DNA of 33,491 nt from the NCBI GenBank assembly GCA_947085395.1, contig CAMTWE010000185.1, forward strand, positions 1-33,491, given 5' to 3'. The translations under genes and the position numbers were made by a program. Positions 8,937-18,710 of this stretch are shown one piece after another. Under the pieces are notes generated by a model. It saw only the letters and a list, made by a program, of their open reading frames with translations, made no database searches and was not told the origin of the DNA. Each line of letters opens with the position of its first letter. The stretch's first letter is position 1. Origin of the DNA: an uncultured Bacteroidota bacterium. Its GTDB lineage: Bacteria > Bacteroidota > Bacteroidia > Flavobacteriales > Flavobacteriaceae.

Positions 8937-9899
8937 TTATTTAAGTGCATGTATAATTTGATAGGCTAATTTTAGCGCTTCGGCTCCTTGTTGTAAGGAA
9001 ACAATAGGCGTAGTATTTTTATTAATTGCGCTAGCAAAAGATTCTAATTCATCTAAAATAGCATTGTTTGCATTGATTGTTGGATTTTCGAAATAAATTT
9101 GTTTCATAGTTCCTTCTGCATTTTGAAGTACCATTGCAAATTCATCAACCAGATTTGTAACATCTTTCATCCTAACAATTTCCGCTTGTTTGGTTAAAAA
9201 ATCTATAGAAATATAGGCATCTTTTTGAAAAAATCGACTTTTACGCATATTTTTCAAAGAAATTCTGCTAGCAGTTAAATTGGCAACGCAGCCATTTTCA
9301 AATTCAACCCTTGCGTTGGTAATATCGGGAGTATCACTAATTACAGCAACGCCGCTAGCAGTAACATTTTTAACCTTAGATTTTACAACACTTAAAATAA
9401 TGTCTAAATCATGTATCATTAAATCTAATACAACAGGCACATCGGTTCCTCTCGGATTAAATTCTGCCAAGCGATGTGTTTCTATAAACATCGGGTTTAG
9501 AATGAAATCTTTAGAAGCTGTAAACGCCGGATTAAAGCGTTCTACATGTCCAATCTGACCTTTAACTTGGTATTTTTCTGCAAGCGCAATAAGCTCTAAT
9601 GCTTCATCAAGCGTATTGGTTATTGGTTTTTCGATAAAAATATGCTTTCCTTTTTCAATGGCTAGTTTGGCACAATTAAAGTGCGATAGGGTAGGAGTTA
9701 CAATATCAATAACATCAACATTATCAATAAGTGTTTCTATTGATGAAAAAAATGTATATCCAAATTCATCAGCCACTTTTTTGGCTAACTCAAAATCAGC
9801 ATCATAAAATCCAATTAAATCATAATATGATGATTGTTTTAACAATTTTAAATGAATCTTACCAAGATGCCCGGCTCCAAGCACTCCAATTTTTAACAT
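8937..9899 (-). CDS. Gfo/Idh/MocA family NAD(P)-dependent oxidoreductase
   Basis: 320 aa with Rossmann motif GVLGAGHLGKIH and an EKP motif (IFIEKPI). Ends 23 nt upstream of hbd, so probably one operon. Confidence 0.85.
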   Translation of the reverse strand: MLKIGVLGAGHLGKIHLKLLKQSSYYDLIGFYDADFELAKKVADEFGYTFFSSIETLIDNVDVIDIVTPTLSHFNCAKLAIEKGKHIFIEKPITNTLDEALELIALAEKYQVKGQIGHVERFNPAFTASKDFILNPMFIETHRLAEFNPRGTDVPVVLDLMIHDLDIILSVVKSKVKNVTASGVAVISDTPDITNARVEFENGCVANLTASRISLKNMRKSRFFQKDAYISIDFLTKQAEIVRMKDVTNLVDEFAMVLQNAEGTMKQIYFENPTINANNAILDELESFASAINKNTTPIVSLQQGAEALKLAYQIIHALK

Positions 9900-9914
9900 A
9901 TAATTATTTTAAAA

Positions 9915-9922
9915 CAAAAATA
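9915..9922 (-). promoter_or_regulatory. Candidate -7 box (TATTTTTG) for the oxidoreductase/hbd operon
   Basis: Minus-strand TATTTTTG ends 15 nt upstream of the ATG. No clean -33 TTG at the expected spacing. Confidence 0.3.
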
Positions 9923-10000
9923 AGCTAATTGAAATAAAATGTATGTAATAATCCTTTCTTTTTAGTCGATGAAATCTTAATTTTACTGCCAATAAAATAA

Positions 10001-10648
10001 ATGAAAATGTTAGATACTCCTAAACATCAAGGAATGCGTAAAATGCTGGTAAAACTCATAGAAGAAAAGGGAGTTATCAATAAAAAAGTACTGAAAGCTA
10101 TAGAAAAAGTTCCAAGACATTTATTTATGGATTCTGGTTTTGTAGAATTTGCTTATCAAGATAAACCTTTTCCAATTGCGGCAGAGCAAACTATTTCACA
10201 GCCCTTTACTGTAGCATTTCAAACCGAATTATTACAACTTAAAGATGGGGAAAAAGTGTTGGAAATTGGCACTGGTTCTGGCTATCAAACTGCTGTTTTA
10301 TTAGAGTTAAAAGCAAAAGTTTACAGTATTGAACGGCAACAAGAATTGTTTAGAAAAACAAAATTATTTTTACCAAAAATTGGTTATCACGCTAAATCAT
10401 TGGTTTTTGGCGATGGTTATAAAGGAATTCCAGAACATGCTCCTTTTGATAAAATTATTGTTACGGCAGGTGCACCAGAAATTCCGAAAATATTGTTAAG
10501 TCAGTTAAAAATTGGTGGCAGAATGGTCATTCCTGTTGGTGAAGAAATACAAACGATGATGGTAATTATTCGCAAATCTGAAACCGATTTTGAAAAAGAA
10601 GAACACGGAAGTTTCCGTTTTGTTCCTTTATTAAAGGATAGAAATTAA
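10001..10648 (+). CDS. pcm: Protein-L-isoaspartate O-methyltransferase
   Basis: 215 aa with SAM-binding motif VLEIGTGSGYQTA and the ISQP motif. Confidence 0.9.
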   Translation: MKMLDTPKHQGMRKMLVKLIEEKGVINKKVLKAIEKVPRHLFMDSGFVEFAYQDKPFPIAAEQTISQPFTVAFQTELLQLKDGEKVLEIGTGSGYQTAVLLELKAKVYSIERQQELFRKTKLFLPKIGYHAKSLVFGDGYKGIPEHAPFDKIIVTAGAPEIPKILLSQLKIGGRMVIPVGEEIQTMMVIIRKSETDFEKEEHGSFRFVPLLKDRN

Positions 10649-10651
10649 GTT

Positions 10652-10710
10652 CAATTGACAATTGACCCTTCGACAAGTTCAGGGCAGGAAATTAAAAATT
10701 AAAAAAATGG
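10652..10710. repeat. Interspersed intergenic repeat, copy B
   Basis: Reads CAATTGACAATTGA-CCCTTCGACAAGTTCAGGGCAGGAAATTAAAAATTAAAAAAATGG. Matches 6125-6196 apart from a 14-nt insertion in copy A and a few substitutions. Confidence 0.75.
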
Positions 10711-10757
10711 CTAACATCTCAATACTCATATCTCAATATTAACATCTCAATTCTCTT
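10711..10757. repeat. Low-complexity 'word-stutter' tract (CATCTCAAT words)
   Basis: Reads ctaacatctcaatactcatatctcaatattaacatctcaattctc. Confidence 0.55.
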
Positions 10758-10775
10758 TTAAATAGATATAGCAAT

Positions 10776-10805
10776 AAAAAAGCCCAAATAATGATTCGGG
10801 CTTTT
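10776..10805 (-). terminator. Probable intrinsic terminator of the DUF2147 gene
   Basis: Minus strand: AAAAGCCC, 12-nt loop, GGGCTTTT, then a T-rich run. Confidence 0.5.
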
Positions 10806-10831
10806 GATTTTTTATTGAAATAATAAAAAAA

Positions 10832-11266
10832 TTATTCAGTAACTCTGTGCCAGTATTGTGTTCTTCCTATTAAAGCAATACCTATAAATCCGCGAACTTT
10901 AAGTTTATTAACTCCTTCTAAAGTGATGTAACATTTGTATTCTTTTCCACTTTTAGGGTCTAAAATAGTTCCGCCACTATATTCATCACCTTTTTTAGTT
11001 AAACCTTCAACAATCACCATTCCTTTAACGGGCTTGTTTTTTTTATCGCCTTTACATAGGTCACACACTTTGTTTTCCTTTCCTTTTTCTAAAACTTGCA
11101 AAATTTTAGCATAAACTTTACCGTCTTTTTGGTAAATTTCTACAATAGATTTTTCATTACCTGTTTCATCATCAATGGTTTTCCATTTACCAAAAACAGA
11201 TTGTGCAGCAATTGACATCGTACCGATTACTGTTAACATTAATAGGGATAAAAATAGTTTTTTCAT
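10832..11266 (-). CDS. Secreted DUF2147-like protein
   Basis: 144 aa. Signal peptide, then GKWKTIDDETG...SIVEIY and a C-terminal RGFIG...TQYW pattern typical of DUF2147. Confidence 0.75.
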   Translation of the reverse strand: MKKLFLSLLMLTVIGTMSIAAQSVFGKWKTIDDETGNEKSIVEIYQKDGKVYAKILQVLEKGKENKVCDLCKGDKKNKPVKGMVIVEGLTKKGDEYSGGTILDPKSGKEYKCYITLEGVNKLKVRGFIGIALIGRTQYWHRVTE

Positions 11267-11316
11267 AATATTGAATTATTAATTGTTAATTATTTTAAGG
11301 TGTGAATATAAAAAAA

Positions 11317-11844
11317 TTAATCAAATTTAGCATCAAATTGTTGATGCCATTTTTCTTGTACTTTTAAAACTTGTTCAATTACATCTCTAACACATCCTTC
11401 GCCTCCTTTTTTCTGAGAAATATATTGAGAAATAGCTTGTATTTCGGGTACTGCATCCTTCGGACAAGTAGCTAAACCAACTTTTTGCATCACTTCATAA
11501 TCTGGAATATCATCACCCATATACAACACATTTTCTGGTAAAATTTGATACATATCTAACAATTCATTTAATTTTTCCATTTTATGATGAACCGATAAAT
11601 AAATATCAGTTATTCCAAATCCTTTTAATCTATTTCTAACACCTTCATTGGTGCCTCCAGATATGATACAAATTCTATAACCCGCATCTACTGCAGATTT
11701 TAAGGCATAACCGTCTTTAATATTCATCTGTCTGGCTAATTCACCATTGGCAAAAACGTGTACATAACCGTTTGTTAAAACGCCATCAACATCAAAAATA
11801 AAGGTGTTGATTTGATTCATGATTTCTTTATAATGTTTCTTCAT
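11317..11844 (-). CDS. kdsC: KDO 8-phosphate phosphatase (HAD-IIIA)
   Basis: 175 aa with HAD motif I FDVDGVLT and motif IV GDDIPD. Size and pattern match KdsC. Confidence 0.8.
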   Translation of the reverse strand: MKKHYKEIMNQINTFIFDVDGVLTNGYVHVFANGELARQMNIKDGYALKSAVDAGYRICIISGGTNEGVRNRLKGFGITDIYLSVHHKMEKLNELLDMYQILPENVLYMGDDIPDYEVMQKVGLATCPKDAVPEIQAISQYISQKKGGEGCVRDVIEQVLKVQEKWHQQFDAKFD

Positions 11845-11848
11845 TATT

Positions 11849-12607
11849 TTATTTTTTTTGATAAACCTCTTGTATTGAAGAAGTTAGTAGTTTGTATATT
11901 GCTTGTTCATTTGCTGATAACAGTTTTAAATGATTTTCAATGGTTAAAGTATCATTTCTTTTAGCAGGTCCGGTTTGCGCTAATTCTGGACTTAAATAAT
12001 TTATCTTATCAGCGGTTTCTTTAATTAAAGGCATTAAAATTTCAAAAGGAATTTCATTTTTTTGGCAAATATGAGCGCCAATATGATACAAATGATTGAC
12101 AAAGTTATTGACAAAAACTGCAGAAACATGTAAATATTGTCTTTGTTCTGATGAAATTTTAAAGATTTTTTTACTCAAATTTCCCGCCAAAATTTCTAAC
12201 AATTGCAAATCTTTTTCGTTTTCTGCTTCAATACAAATGGGGATTTCAGAAAAATCAATGGGTTTAGATTTTGATAATGTTTGAAGTGGATAAAAAACCC
12301 CTCGTCTATTTTTGTTGGATAAAGATAAAAGATTTTCACTGCCAGATGTATGCACAACTAACTGATTGTTAAAGGGTAATTGATTAGAAATTTCATGAAT
12401 GGTATTGTCAGAAGTAGCAATAACATAAATATCTGCTGCAGCCAAAGTATTTAAATCATCAGTAATTGAAACAGTTTCTTTAAATGGATTTAACTTGCAA
12501 ATTGTTCTATTATATAGCTGCACCAACTTAACGTTATCAGCTTTAATAAACTGATATGCTAAATGAAATGCTACATTTCCACCTCCTATGATGCAAACTT
12601 TTATCAT
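11849..12607 (-). CDS. Rossmann-fold protein, DUF2520 / ProC-like
   Basis: 252 aa with N-terminal IIGGGNVAFHL. Ends 4 nt upstream of kdsC, so probably one operon. Confidence 0.7.
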   Translation of the reverse strand: MIKVCIIGGGNVAFHLAYQFIKADNVKLVQLYNRTICKLNPFKETVSITDDLNTLAAADIYVIATSDNTIHEISNQLPFNNQLVVHTSGSENLLSLSNKNRRGVFYPLQTLSKSKPIDFSEIPICIEAENEKDLQLLEILAGNLSKKIFKISSEQRQYLHVSAVFVNNFVNHLYHIGAHICQKNEIPFEILMPLIKETADKINYLSPELAQTGPAKRNDTLTIENHLKLLSANEQAIYKLLTSSIQEVYQKK

Positions 12608-12688
12608 CTTACGAAGATACAGAAGTTCCTTTTAAATGAAAAGTGTTTTAAAAATTTTGTATATTCGATGTTTAAAATAAAAATTATC

Positions 12689-13285
12689 ATGAAAAAGCTA
12701 TCCTTATTACCGGTCATTTTTCTTTTTTTAATTTCAAACCTCATCAATAGTCAAAATATTGCGCCAAAAATTGCAGATGATGCTGGTTCACAAGCTAAAA
12801 AAGTTACCTCAATTTATCAATTTATTGTATTTGACATCAACCAAAAACCATTTGATTTTTCTAAATTAAAAGGTAAAAAGTTAATGATTGTTAACACGGC
12901 CTCTAAATGTGGTTATACACCACAATATGACGAGTTGCAAAAATTATACGATAAATATAAAAATAAAGGATTTGTAATTGTTGGTTTTCCTGCCAATAAT
13001 TTTAGAAATCAAGAGCCAGGAACCAATGCAGAAATTGCAGAGTTTTGCAAATTAAATTATGGAGTTACTTTTCCGATGATGGAAAAAATATCGGTTAAAG
13101 GAGATGATATGCATCCAATTTATCAGTATTTAACACAAAAATCTAAAAATGGTTATGAAGATTCTGAAGTTGGTTGGAATTTCCAAAAATATTTAATCAA
13201 TAAAAAAGGGATGTTAGAAAAAGTTTTGAAAACTAAAGTTTCTCCTTTGGATGCTGAAATTATTAGTTGGATAGAACAGAAATAG
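12689..13285 (+). CDS. Glutathione peroxidase (Cys-type) with signal peptide
   Basis: Motifs NTASKCGYTPQY and WNFQKYL. Start moved to ATG 12689 (MKKLSLLPVIFLF signal peptide), because the longer ORF from 12563 overlaps the opposite-strand gene. Confidence 0.85.
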   Translation: MKKLSLLPVIFLFLISNLINSQNIAPKIADDAGSQAKKVTSIYQFIVFDINQKPFDFSKLKGKKLMIVNTASKCGYTPQYDELQKLYDKYKNKGFVIVGFPANNFRNQEPGTNAEIAEFCKLNYGVTFPMMEKISVKGDDMHPIYQYLTQKSKNGYEDSEVGWNFQKYLINKKGMLEKVLKTKVSPLDAEIISWIEQK

Positions 13286-13362
13286 CATAAAAAAAAGGTA
13301 GTTTAAACTTTCAAAGACACATGAAAGGATTCTTGCGGCAGCAGGAAAATTAAGGCAAAAAA

Positions 13363-13396
13363 AGGTCGTTTAAACTTTCATTTAAACGACCTTTTT
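13363..13396. terminator. Bidirectional intrinsic terminator
   Basis: 12-bp perfect stem AGGTCGTTTAAA / TTTAAACGACCT with a 6-nt loop. A-run upstream and T-run downstream. Confidence 0.85.
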
Positions 13397-13413
13397 AAAA
13401 TTTAATTACAGTA

Positions 13414-15558
13414 TTATTTTACAATTGTCATTTCATCAATAATATGTTTTGCTCCGGCATATTTATCAACCAACCACAATACATATCGAATATCAACATT
13501 GATAGTTCTTTGTAGTTTTGGATCAAAAATCACATCGCCTGCCATTGCTTCAATGTTTCCATCAAAAGCCAAACCTATTAATTCTCCTTTTCCATTTAAT
13601 ACTGGTGACCCAGAATTACCACCTGTAATATCATTATCGGTTAAGAAATTAACAGGCATAAATCCGCCTTTATCAGCATATTGACCATAATCTTTTTGTT
13701 TGTAAAGGTCTAATAATCTTTTTGGTAAATCAAACTCATCATCACCAGCTTTGTATTTTTTTACCATACCTTCCATGGTAGTAATGTTGTTAATTTTAGC
13801 ATCATTTCGTTTATCAGCTGGTAAAGCCATTACTTTTCCGTAAGTTAAACGCAAAGTTGAATTGGCATCTGGGTATTGAATTGGCGCCAATTTAGACGCA
13901 CGTAAACCTTCTACTAACAATCTAAATGCAGCACTATAATCATTTTGTGCTTTATCAATAGTTTCATTTTTAGCGTTGGCATGGTTTAAAATATCGTTAG
14001 ACAATACATAAAGTGGATCATTAATAATCAACGCTTCATTAGGTAAAGCCATAAATGCTTTCATTCTTTCTTTTGATGAAAAAATACTTAAATCAAAAGC
14101 ATTGTTTATATAAGCAGTAAAGTTGTTGTTATTTTCTTTAGCCAATGTTTGTACCATTGGAGCTATCGGATAATTGGTTACTTTAGTTGAATATAAATGC
14201 AATTGAGCCGCTAAAATATCTTTTTCTGCCGGTAAGTATAATTTGTCAAAGAAAGCATCAATAATTTCATTTATTCTACTTTCTGTTTCTTTACGTTTAG
14301 CTACATCAGCTTTTGCGTAATTTTCTAATTGTCTTCCAATACCTCTAGAAACTGCTCCGTAAGAACTGGTTCTTATGAGTTGTTGTAAATAATTATCGTG
14401 TTTAGCTTTTTCATTTGTTAATGAATAAAAGTTATTGATATTTTCAATTACTTTACCATATTTAGCTTTGTTTGCTGGTTGATTAGCCCATTTATTAAAT
14501 TTTTGTTCTTGAATTGCTTTTGCTTTGGCAGTTCCAAATTTACTTAAAGCATCAATCATTCCTTGGCGATTTTTCCAATAATTAGCGGTACTTGCATATT
14601 TAGAAGCGTAGTTTAAACGAACTTCATCGTTTTTATCCATATACTTTTTCATATGATCCATTCCAGTTTTAGCCCCTTCAACCCAAGCTGGATAAGCAAA
14701 TTTTACGTTTTGCTCAATTCCGCCAGCAGGCATCCAACGGTTAGTTCTTCCAGGATAACCTAATATCATGGCAAAATCATTTTCTTTAAAACCTTTAATA
14801 CTGATAGGTAAATGGTGTTTTGGTTTTAGCGGAATATTGTTTACAGAATATTCTGCTGGATTTCCGTTAGCATCTGCATACACTCTAAACATAGCAAAAT
14901 CTCCGGTATGACGTGGCCATTCCCAGTTGTCTGTATCGCCACCAAATTTCCCAATTGTTTCAGGTGGTGTACCCACTAAACGTACATCTTTATAGTCTTG
15001 ATATACAAAATAATAATACTCATTTCCTTGATAAAAAGAACGTACAGATACGGTATATTTACCACCTTCATTGTTTTCTTTTTCAATTACTGCAATTTCT
15101 TTGTTAATGGCAGCTTCACGTTCTAACTCTGTCATTTTATCGTTTATTTTTGATAAAATACGTTTAGAAACATCATCCATTCTTACAAAGAAACGAACAC
15201 TTAAATTTTTTGGTTTCAGCTCATCTTTTTTAGTTTTAGCCCAATAACCATCTTTAAGATAATTATTTTGTGGTGATGAAAGTTCTGCAATTACACCGTA
15301 TCCACAGTGGTGATTGGTTAATACCAAGCCCTCTGATGAAATAATTTCGGCAGTACAACCACCGCCAAACTGAACAATGGCATCTTTTACACTGGCATTG
15401 TTTACACTGTAAATTTCTTCGGCTGTTAATTGTAAGCCCATTTTTTGCATATCTCTTTGATTTAATCGTTGGATATGCATTAAAAACCACATGCCCTCGT
15501 CAGCTTTTACCGGAAATGCCAATAAAAATGCTGTGAAGTATAAAATAAATTTTTTCAT
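13414..15558 (-). CDS. S46 family dipeptidyl-peptidase (DPP7/DPP11 family)
   Basis: 714 aa with signal peptide, DEGMWF N-terminus, catalytic His context TNHHCG and catalytic Ser context GGNSGSPV. Confidence 0.9.
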   Translation of the reverse strand: MKKFILYFTAFLLAFPVKADEGMWFLMHIQRLNQRDMQKMGLQLTAEEIYSVNNASVKDAIVQFGGGCTAEIISSEGLVLTNHHCGYGVIAELSSPQNNYLKDGYWAKTKKDELKPKNLSVRFFVRMDDVSKRILSKINDKMTELEREAAINKEIAVIEKENNEGGKYTVSVRSFYQGNEYYYFVYQDYKDVRLVGTPPETIGKFGGDTDNWEWPRHTGDFAMFRVYADANGNPAEYSVNNIPLKPKHHLPISIKGFKENDFAMILGYPGRTNRWMPAGGIEQNVKFAYPAWVEGAKTGMDHMKKYMDKNDEVRLNYASKYASTANYWKNRQGMIDALSKFGTAKAKAIQEQKFNKWANQPANKAKYGKVIENINNFYSLTNEKAKHDNYLQQLIRTSSYGAVSRGIGRQLENYAKADVAKRKETESRINEIIDAFFDKLYLPAEKDILAAQLHLYSTKVTNYPIAPMVQTLAKENNNNFTAYINNAFDLSIFSSKERMKAFMALPNEALIINDPLYVLSNDILNHANAKNETIDKAQNDYSAAFRLLVEGLRASKLAPIQYPDANSTLRLTYGKVMALPADKRNDAKINNITTMEGMVKKYKAGDDEFDLPKRLLDLYKQKDYGQYADKGGFMPVNFLTDNDITGGNSGSPVLNGKGELIGLAFDGNIEAMAGDVIFDPKLQRTINVDIRYVLWLVDKYAGAKHIIDEMTIVK

Positions 15559-15703
15559 AAATAAACTATTGTTTTTAAAGTTAATAAAAATGGACTTTTG
15601 ATAAGCTAAAGTTCATTTCAAAATTGAATAAATTTTTGATAATGCGAATATATTAATTTTGAAGATTAGGACTCTTAAATTCTTCTTAAAAACTAATTTA
15701 TTT

Positions 15704-18436
15704 TTATTTTCTTTCTCTTATTGCTGCTTGTGCTGCAGCCAATCTTGCAATGGGAACTCTAAATGGAGAACAACTTACATAATCCATTGCAAGACTATGA
15801 CAAAATTCTATTGAGGTTGGTTCTCCACCATGTTCACCGCAAATTCCAATTTTAATTCCAGGTTTAGTAGTACGGCCTCTTTTAACGCCCATTTCCATAA
15901 GCTGACCAACACCTACTTGGTCTAAAATAGCAAAAGGGTCATTTTTTAAAATCCCTTTTTCAATGTAAATAGGTAAAAATTTTCCAGCATCATCTCTAGA
16001 ATAGCCAAATGTCATTTGGGTTAAATCATTGGTTCCAAAAGAGAAAAAATCGGAATGTTTGGCAATTTCATCTGCAACAACGCAAGCACGCGGAATTTCA
16101 ATCATGGTGCCAATGCTGTAATTAATTTTATAGTTTCTTTCTTCAAAAACCAATTCAATTTCTTTTTTGATAATTTCTTCCTGAAGTTTCATTTCTTCTA
16201 CAGTTCCTGTTAGTGGAACCATTATTTCTGGTATAGCTCTTATTCCTTTTTGTTTTAGATTGATTGCCGCTTCAATAATAGCACGTACTTGCATTTGTGA
16301 TATTTCTGGAAAAGTGTTGCCCAATCTGCAACCACGGTGACCAAGCATCGGATTAATTTCTTTTAAATTGTTGATTTTATGTTGTACTTCTGACAAACTT
16401 ATGCCCATTTCATCTGCTAATGCTTGCTGATTTTCGTGTTCATACGGCACAAATTCATGTAAAGGTGGATCTAACAATCTTATTGTAACTGGTAAATCGT
16501 GCATTGCAGCAAAGATTCCTTCAAAATCTTGTCGTTGCATGGGAAGTAATTTTTGCAAGGCATTTTTGCGTTCAGTTTCATTGTTGGCAATAATCATTTC
16601 GCGCATGGCTTTAATTCTTTCGCCCTCAAAAAACATATGTTCTGTTCTGCAAAGTCCAATTCCTTGAGCGCCAAAATTGCGGGCAATTTTCGCTGATTCT
16701 GGAGAATCTGCATTGGCTCTAACTTTCATTTTAGCATGGCCGTCTGCCATTTGCATCAATTTATCAAATGAACCACTTACAGTTGGATTAATGGTGTCTA
16801 ATTTACCTTTATATACAATTCCGGTTGATCCATCTAATGAAATCCAATCACCTTCTTTGTATGTTTTTCCATTTATACTCATTGTATTTTTATGGTAATC
16901 AATATTTAATGCACCCGCCCCAGAAATACAACATTTTCCCATACCACGGGCTACTACAGCTGCGTGGGAAGTCATGCCGCCTCTGGCTGTTAATATTCCG
17001 ACAGATTTATGCATCCCTTTTAAATCATCTGCAGATGTTTCTGTTCTAACCAAAATAGCTGGTTTATTTTCATCAAAATACTGCTCTGCTTTATCGGGAA
17101 AAAAAGTAATTTGTCCGGTAGCTGCACCAGGAGAAGCGGGGAGACCGCGTGTAATTGCTGTTGCTTTTTTAATAGATTTTGGGTTGAATATTGGATGTAA
17201 TAGTTCATCTAATTTAAGGGGATTCATTCGTAGCAAACAAGTATCTTCATCTATCAAACCCTCTTCTAACATATCCATTCCAATTTTAATCATTGCTGCT
17301 CCTGTACGTTTTCCATTTCTGGTTTGTAAAAGCCATAATTTTCCTTCTTGTATGGTAAATTCGATGTCTTGCATATCTTTAAAATGATATTCTAATTTTT
17401 GTTGAATTTCATTTAATTCAGCAAAAACTTTTGGCATGGCTTCTTCTAATGATGGATAATTTTTATTTCTTTCATCTTCAGAAATCATCGCCAATTTTGC
17501 CCAGTTTATGGAGCTAGATTTGGTAATTTGAAGCGGAGTTCTAATGCCCGCAACCACATCTTCTCCTTGCGCATTGATGAGGTACTCGCCGTTAAATTCT
17601 TTGACACCAGTAGCTGCATCTCTGGTAAAGGCAACACCAGAGCCAGAGCTATTTCCCATATTTCCAAAAACCATGGCTTGGATATTGACTGCGGTGCCCC
17701 AATCATTCGGAATTTGGTGAATTTCTCTGTAATAAACGGCGCGTGGTGTATGCCAACTTTCAAATACAGCCATGATTGAATTCCAAAGTTGAGTCCAAGG
17801 ATCCGTTGGAAATTCTTCATCAGTTTGTTTTTTGATGAGTTGTTTAAATTGATGTACTAATTCTTTTAAATCATCCGTAGAAAAATCTTGATCAGAAATT
17901 AAATTTTTTCGAATTTTTAATTGATGGATTATTTTTTCAAATAAGCATCCGCTATGATTATTTTGATTGATTTTCATTACTTTATCACCGTACATTTGGA
18001 TAAATCTGCGGTAAGAATCCCATGCAAAACGATCATTTCCAGTTTTTAATGCGATGGTTTTTACCACTTCATCATTCATACCTACATTTAAAACGGTATC
18101 CATCATACCAGGCATTGAAGCACTTGCTCCAGATCGTACAGAAACTAACAACGGATTTTCAATGGAATCAAAAAAGGATCCCATTGTAGATTCAATATGA
18201 TGAATTCCATGCTGAACTTCTTCTAATAAAAACTTGATAATTTCTTCTTTTCCTAATGAATTATATTCATTACAAACTTCGGTAGTAATGGTAAAACCTG
18301 CTGGAACAGGAATTCCGATATTACACATCTCTGCTAGGTTGGCACCTTTTCCTCCTAAAAGTGCTTTCATATTTTTATTACCTTCTGCCGTTAAATTACC
18401 AAATTTGTACAATCTTTTTGTAGGTTTCATAAGCAT
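15704..18436 (-). CDS. ppdK: Pyruvate, phosphate dikinase
   Basis: 910 aa with phosphohistidine motif GGMTSHAAVVARG, ATP-grasp N-terminus and PEP-utilising C-terminus (GICGEHGG). Confidence 0.95.
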   Translation of the reverse strand: MLMKPTKRLYKFGNLTAEGNKNMKALLGGKGANLAEMCNIGIPVPAGFTITTEVCNEYNSLGKEEIIKFLLEEVQHGIHHIESTMGSFFDSIENPLLVSVRSGASASMPGMMDTVLNVGMNDEVVKTIALKTGNDRFAWDSYRRFIQMYGDKVMKINQNNHSGCLFEKIIHQLKIRKNLISDQDFSTDDLKELVHQFKQLIKKQTDEEFPTDPWTQLWNSIMAVFESWHTPRAVYYREIHQIPNDWGTAVNIQAMVFGNMGNSSGSGVAFTRDAATGVKEFNGEYLINAQGEDVVAGIRTPLQITKSSSINWAKLAMISEDERNKNYPSLEEAMPKVFAELNEIQQKLEYHFKDMQDIEFTIQEGKLWLLQTRNGKRTGAAMIKIGMDMLEEGLIDEDTCLLRMNPLKLDELLHPIFNPKSIKKATAITRGLPASPGAATGQITFFPDKAEQYFDENKPAILVRTETSADDLKGMHKSVGILTARGGMTSHAAVVARGMGKCCISGAGALNIDYHKNTMSINGKTYKEGDWISLDGSTGIVYKGKLDTINPTVSGSFDKLMQMADGHAKMKVRANADSPESAKIARNFGAQGIGLCRTEHMFFEGERIKAMREMIIANNETERKNALQKLLPMQRQDFEGIFAAMHDLPVTIRLLDPPLHEFVPYEHENQQALADEMGISLSEVQHKINNLKEINPMLGHRGCRLGNTFPEISQMQVRAIIEAAINLKQKGIRAIPEIMVPLTGTVEEMKLQEEIIKKEIELVFEERNYKINYSIGTMIEIPRACVVADEIAKHSDFFSFGTNDLTQMTFGYSRDDAGKFLPIYIEKGILKNDPFAILDQVGVGQLMEMGVKRGRTTKPGIKIGICGEHGGEPTSIEFCHSLAMDYVSCSPFRVPIARLAAAQAAIRERK

Positions 18437-18636
18437 AATTTTTAATTTGAAAATCAGTTATATAGCTCTTTAAATTTACAAAAAATTTCTGATATATTTA
18501 TTTGATGGGAAAAAATTGGGAATAGAATGTTATATATATATGATATCTTACGAATTAACGCTTGTATTTAAACTAGATTTTTATGTCTGGTTTAAAATAA
18601 ATGGTTTACATGAATAAAGTGGATAGGATGTTGCTC

Positions 18637-18673
18637 AAAAAAAAAGTTGAAGTAATTAACTTCAACTCTTTTT
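18637..18673. terminator. Intrinsic terminator downstream of the LRR gene
   Basis: AGTTGAAGT-AATTA-ACTTCAACT hairpin (18645-18667). A9 on the plus strand gives T9 after the stem on the minus strand. Confidence 0.8.
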
Positions 18674-18710
18674 ATGCAACATTGGGGTTCTTATATTTTT
18701 ATACTTTTAT

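Noticed and set aside
12563-12688. 5' extensions of track ORFs: 12563 for gpx, 19712 for bshB1, 23479 for uvrA, 30470 for zapA and 30950 for rny.
   Set aside because: The extensions start at TTG or GTG, or overlap the neighbouring gene, a promoter motif or an RNA helix. Internal ATGs give canonical N-termini: a signal peptide for gpx, AHPDD for bshB1, a UvrA N-terminus, and a TM helix for RNase Y.
16677-17820. Cluster of ORFs on both strands inside ppdK: 16677..16898, 16825..17049, 16974..17387, 17020..17208, 17506..17820 and 17528..17779.
   Set aside because: All overlap the strongly supported 910-aa pyruvate phosphate dikinase frame and have no recognisable domains, so they are shadow ORFs.
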